64,000 nucleotides of DNA from the human T2T-CHM13v2.0 reference genome, Homo sapiens. Below the pieces are notes generated by a model. The model saw nothing but the letters and a program-made list of their open reading frames with translations, was not told where the DNA came from and ran no database searches. The translations under genes were made by a program, and so were the position numbers. Shown piece after piece: positions 59,201-64,000 of this stretch (the stretch's first letter is position 1; every line of letters starts with the position of its first letter). Location: the NCBI RefSeq assembly GCF_009914755.1, contig NC_060926.1; one strand, written 5' to 3'.

Positions 59201-59844
59201 GAAGTACCTAAGACATTTGTCTCGTTGTTGGATTGGAACCACCGAGCTAACACATGGGGAGAGGTGTGGCCAAGCTCAGGCCTCGGTGAGACCTGGAGTC
59301 AGTGTTACTACCCCAGGATCCCGTGAACCCAGCTGTGCGTGCCTGATGACAGAGCACAGGCTATGAATGCAGCTATTTCTACCCCTGCCTTCTTTGGCAA
59401 ACAGTTTTTGGTGGCTCAGAGGATGTATGGGGACCTTTTAAAGCCCCAAGCTCCAGGCCTAGTGGTGAGCTGCAGAAAGGCTATTGTGTCTTCACCTGCG
59501 TGGCTGGGAGTGAAGAGTCAGGCTGCACCTGCTCCCACCTGCTTCTAGACCAGAAAGCAAAGCCCGTGTCAACCTGAGCAGGGAAAGGTATCTCTTCGGA
59601 CTTCATATTTTGCAGGGGCCTAGGGTGAGGGGTCATGAGGATCCATCTACAGGCTTGTCCTCCCTTCTGGGAGGCCGTACTGGGAGAGAGGGATGGTTCA
59701 GCCCCTTCCTTTGGTTCTCCAGCTCCTCCCTTCCTATTCTGGCACTGGACCTCCACCTCATGGCACACCATTCATCCTCGCTGCTGCATTCATCCCTGTC
59801 TTCACAAGTAACAGTGATGAGATCTTGTGAAAATACTTTGAGGC

Positions 59845-60000
59845 ACAGGGAATAGCTGTGTGACTGGGACAAGCCTCCTCACTTCTCTAAGCCTCTTTCC
59901 TCATCTTTAAAGTGGGGGTGACAGTACCACCCTCACAGGGCCTCAGGGAGGATTGAGTGAGATTGCGGACATGTCCGTACATAGCACTGTGCCTGCTTAC
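59845..60000 (+). mobile_element. MIR
   Basis: acttctctaagcctctttcctcatctttaaagtgggg...cctcacaggg. Confidence 0.75.
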
Positions 60001-60559
60001 CCCAAAAGCAGCTCTGGCTATTGCCTCTGGTCCAGGGTCTAGAGAGTTCAGCAGAGAAGGAGGCTAGGGAAGGGGCAGAAGGCCAGGCCCTCCCCAGCGC
60101 AGAGGAGATGGAAGAAGCCCATGCTTGTCCACAGGGCTGGCAATCCCTGGTCAAGCCATTTAACTTAGGGATGGGGACCCCTTCCCTAAAAGGGAGGTGG
60201 GATGCATCCCTTTTCTGTCAGGAGGACTCAGGATGGCTCTCCCCAGGTGTGAGGCCTGGCACTGATCTCATCTCTCCTTGCCCCACACTCTGACATGTCC
60301 AGGGCACATTGTTCCTTCCACAGCCTCCATAAATATTCTGGAAGAAGCTGGGAATGCATGATAAAGCTGTTCGCCCACACTCAGGCCAGAGGCACAGAAT
60401 TTTATCCAGACTGAAACTGTCTTCCCACAGACCTATTCTTCCTGTGTCTGTGCCTCAGAAATGCCAACATGAATTCATTCAGGGTTCAGACTCAAGGCCT
60501 GCGTTGTCTGTGGCCAGCCCTTTGTCCACCTCTAGCACTAAGTCTGAAAACTCAATCGA

Positions 60560-61015
60560 TTCAGGTTTCTACATATGTCCTCTGCTCTTCTGTACCCCCA
60601 CCACCCCACCATCAGGCCACCGTCACCTCTGGCCTGCACACTGGCCTCCCAGCCCACAGTGCATTCCTTCCAGTCTGGCTCTACGGTGCTGCCAGAGTGA
60701 TTTTTCAAAATGCAGGTCTGGCCCTGCCACACCCTGTCCAACAACCCAGTTGCTCTGGGGACAACGGCCAGCGCTGACTCGGTGCTTGCCACCACTTCAT
60801 CCTTTGCTGTTCTGCTTGCAGGCTGCCCCGTAACCACCCCAGGCCTTGGCTCTCCAGTCTAGCCGTGCACTGTGCCTCGGTCGAGTGCCTGTGAGACCAT
60901 TCGACTGTGAGCCCCGGGGTCAGGGGCAGCAAGGATGCTATTTCATCCCCACTCCCCCCTCAGTATCCAAGCCGGTACCAGCACTCAGAGATGCCCCAGA
61001 AGCGTCTGATGAATG
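60560..61015 (+). mobile_element. Degraded L2
   Basis: gctgccagagtgatttttcaaaatgcaggtctg...gactgtgagccccggggg. Confidence 0.6.
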
Positions 61016-61954
61016 TGGGCACAAAGCACTGAGCTGAGAATCACCCACCAGGGTTCTGTGACTTCCCCTTCCCTTCACATGAAAGCAGGTCAGTGCTCAG
61101 GGCCCCAGGCATACGGGGATGGAAAGTGCCCTTAGGAGAGCTCGTTCTGCAGCCCGTCACCCCCCGACACCTGACCCACGCCTCTGGGGACAGAAGTCCA
61201 TCTGTTTCAAACTTCCTTCTGCACCCAAGCACCTCCACTATATCCTGCCCCAGACCATACAGGCTCTGGAACTCTGCCTCAGTTTCCTCATCTATAAAAG
61301 GGGGAGAAGACTAGAACCCACTTCTTACAGTCATGAGGATTGAGTTATTTTACATACTCGTAGGCTTAGAATATTGCCTAGCATGCAGGAATCACTATAA
61401 AACTGTTCACTGTGATTACTTTACTGGTACCAGGGCCATCTTTCAGTGTCCGTGGCCTTTTAGGGGCCCAGGTTAATGAGTCCCAGGAGATATGACATTT
61501 GAAACACCTAGCTCCCAGGGCGTCCACCGTGAACAGAAGAAAATCCCCTTCTCCCATTGTAACGTTTGACAATCCTCCACTGACCATAACAACCGGAAGG
61601 AAGCAGCCTGTTGCTGGGAACTTCTCCCTAATTCCGGGAGCTATCTGTCTTGGGAGAGCTCCTCCTACCTCCCCTCAGGGGCTTTCAGTATCCCGTGGCA
61701 TTCAGCTGGATAATCAGGGTGCCAGGGACACCGCCGGGGCCAGGTCCTCCATGGCCACGTCAATAGATGGGACCAAAAGAATTCTCTGGCTCCTCCAGAC
61801 CAAACAGCCAAGGCTGCAGGCAGAGAGAATTGATTGTGAGGATGTGGCTTGCAGCATGGATGGTGGTTGAGAGCCCAGATTCTGCAGCAGACTGCTTGGG
61901 TAAATTCAAACTCCACTTCCCACTAACCCCATGAACTTCTGCTAGAAAAAGGGT

Positions 61955-62100
61955 GTCTCTAAGCCTCAGTTTCCACATCTGTAACTTGGAGGTAATAGTG
62001 CCATCCTCACAGACATGCTTTGAGGATTAAATAATGTATGTAAAGTCTTAACCCAGTGCCTGGCACGTAGTAGGCTCGAATAATATTAGCTGTTGTTATG
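61955..62100 (+). mobile_element. MIR
   Basis: ctctaagcctcagtttccacatctgtaa...tgaggattaaataatgtatgtaaag...cagtgcctggcacgtagtaggctc. Confidence 0.85.
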
Positions 62101-64000
62101 ACCACTACTGTAAATCCTAAAGATTCTTGGAGGAGAAATCGGGTCTGGAGCACCTTAGCCTCAGGACCACCACTGCTTTTAAAGCAAGGTTGTCCAAAAT
62201 AATCTCCCAAGTCTGACTGAATGGCTCACAACATGGATCTGAAACCAAACCCCCATCCCACCCTTGCCCTGACTTTCCAGCCCCCACTCCTGATACACAC
62301 ACCCTCCTCCAGGCAGTGTGTGTCTCAGAGCCCGTGGAATTCGAAACTCCATCTGCACAAGGTTCTTCGTCCTCGCCTGAGCGGTACCTGCCCCAGCCCT
62401 GCTCAGGAAGCCTCCTCCCCTCGCAGGGCTCTGTCCTCATGGGGCTTGTTCATCAGTAATTGGAGGGTTGTCCAGGGCTTAACGGTTTTGTTAACAGATC
62501 ATTTGACTATGAGTGAACCAGGCAAGCGGAAAGATGCCGCAGAGGCCGCTGGACCACCCAGGGATGGTGTCATCCTGGGAGCAGGAGGTGACCCCTGGCT
62601 GCCCCAGCCTGCTCAGCAGGGCACAGGCAGAGAGAACCACCCTGGACCCTCTCTCCACGGGGCTGCGGGAGCATATGGGCCTTCAGCCCCAAATCTCCGC
62701 TGAGCATCTTCAAGGTCAGAAGCCCTGCTCTGGCCCCAGTTGTCTGACAGGGCCAGAGGTCCCGCTGCCGATGGGGATGAGAGGGCTGTTCAGACGAGAG
62801 CCAAGGGTGGGAACATTTCCTTCCTGGGGGCTTCAGGTGATGGTGCTGACCCGTGGCAGGAAGCCAGCTGCCCTGATCCCAGCCGCTGTCTTCCTTCAGG
62901 AGCAGCAGGCCCCAGCAGACACCGGCAGGGTAACCCGTGAGGTTCCAGGTCAGTGACACACGGAGGCCACTCAGGGGCTTGAGTCATGTCCCCTCCCTCC
63001 CTGCTGCACCACCAAGTTCTTACTGAGCCATCACGTTGTGGTCTTAGGCACCTCCTGTGCACAGAGCCCACGTGTGGCTTCTCTCCTGAGCCAGGCAAAA
63101 GAAACAGGCAGGGTGCCAACTGCATGCCCCACGTGGTCTGGGTTCCTGTGCACATGAGGCCTGTGGCCATGTCAGGCCCTGGGAGAGAGATGCAAGTCTG
63201 CCCTGGGGGAGCTGGGGAGACCAGGAGGTGCCAGCAATAAGGGCCTCAGGGGCTGGAGAAAAGAGGGGTCAGGTTAGAGCCTGCAGGAAAGTTAAGGGGA
63301 CAGTGAGTGGTTCTACAAATGCCAGATCTTAGGAAAGAATGCTGGAGGGAAGTGCCAGGGACACAGAATTATGATTTTCCAATAGATCCATCTATCATAG
63401 AGTCACACACACACACACGTGTGCACACAGTTTGCAGGGCCTGTCCTGATTTGAGATAGGGTCAGCTAGTGAGTTAAGTACAAAGGCCCAAGCCATCCCT
63501 CTCTCTCAATGCTTGGCACGCCAAGCCCGGGGAGCCTGCTCGGGCTACTTAGCTGACGTCTTAGCCTCATCAGTCAGTGTTTGCTGGGGTAGCAACCCAA
63601 GATCTTGCACAAGAGTCCATCATCTCTGAGGCCATACTGGTCTTGCAAGGTGAAGACCTCCTTGATTCTCAGGGGCTTTGACCTGGGTAGAAAACACTGG
63701 GGGCCATTAACCCCTGACAGGGAAATCAGGTGCACATCCATGGGCCAGAACTTACCTGTGCACGCCGCTTTCTCCTGTCATGACAGGGGTTTAATGTCGA
63801 GTTTCCTGTTGCCTAACCACTATTTAAACATCTGGCATCTGCTGTTTGTGCCAGGAAAAGTATGCCATGCTGGACTGAGCCCTAGAGTTTTCTAGAGGTT
63901 GGGAGGAGTTTTGTGAGAAGGTGAGCCAGGCCATGGCGTGGTATGTGTGCCGCTTGTCCCCATGTGATGGAGAGGGAAGGACATCATGGCACCCCAAATA

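Overview
This is human (primate) genomic DNA: GC-rich and dense in Alu, MIR and L2 repeats. It lies inside the KLHL29 gene, which is transcribed from the + strand. Only two coding exons are present, 52190-52331 (142 nt) and 55389-55901 (513 nt). They splice in frame and encode the Pro/Ala-rich N-terminal region of KLHL29 up to just before the BTB domain. Gene identity and exon numbering (exons 4 and 5) come from my recollection of the protein sequence, not from a search. Everything else is intron: eleven Alu/FLAM/FRAM copies, an old L1 nested in an L2 and itself carrying two Alus and a MER4-type solo LTR, MLT1A and MLT2 LTRs, two MER1 DNA transposons, MIR/L2 fragments, microsatellites and several repeat-free AT-rich blocks that look like enhancers. 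Nearly all other ORFs in the track are chance or repeat-derived. I see no CRISPR array, tRNA/rRNA gene or new protein-coding system. The most unusual signal is a 53-bp near-perfect inverted repeat that matches no transposon I recognise (39731-39783 / 42123-42175). It brackets an inverted Alu pair, and one of those Alus carries a fold-back template-switch scar. Also notable are candidate recursive and poison splice sites, and an L1 that keeps its 5' end, lacks its 3' end and has an apparent target-site duplication (TSD).
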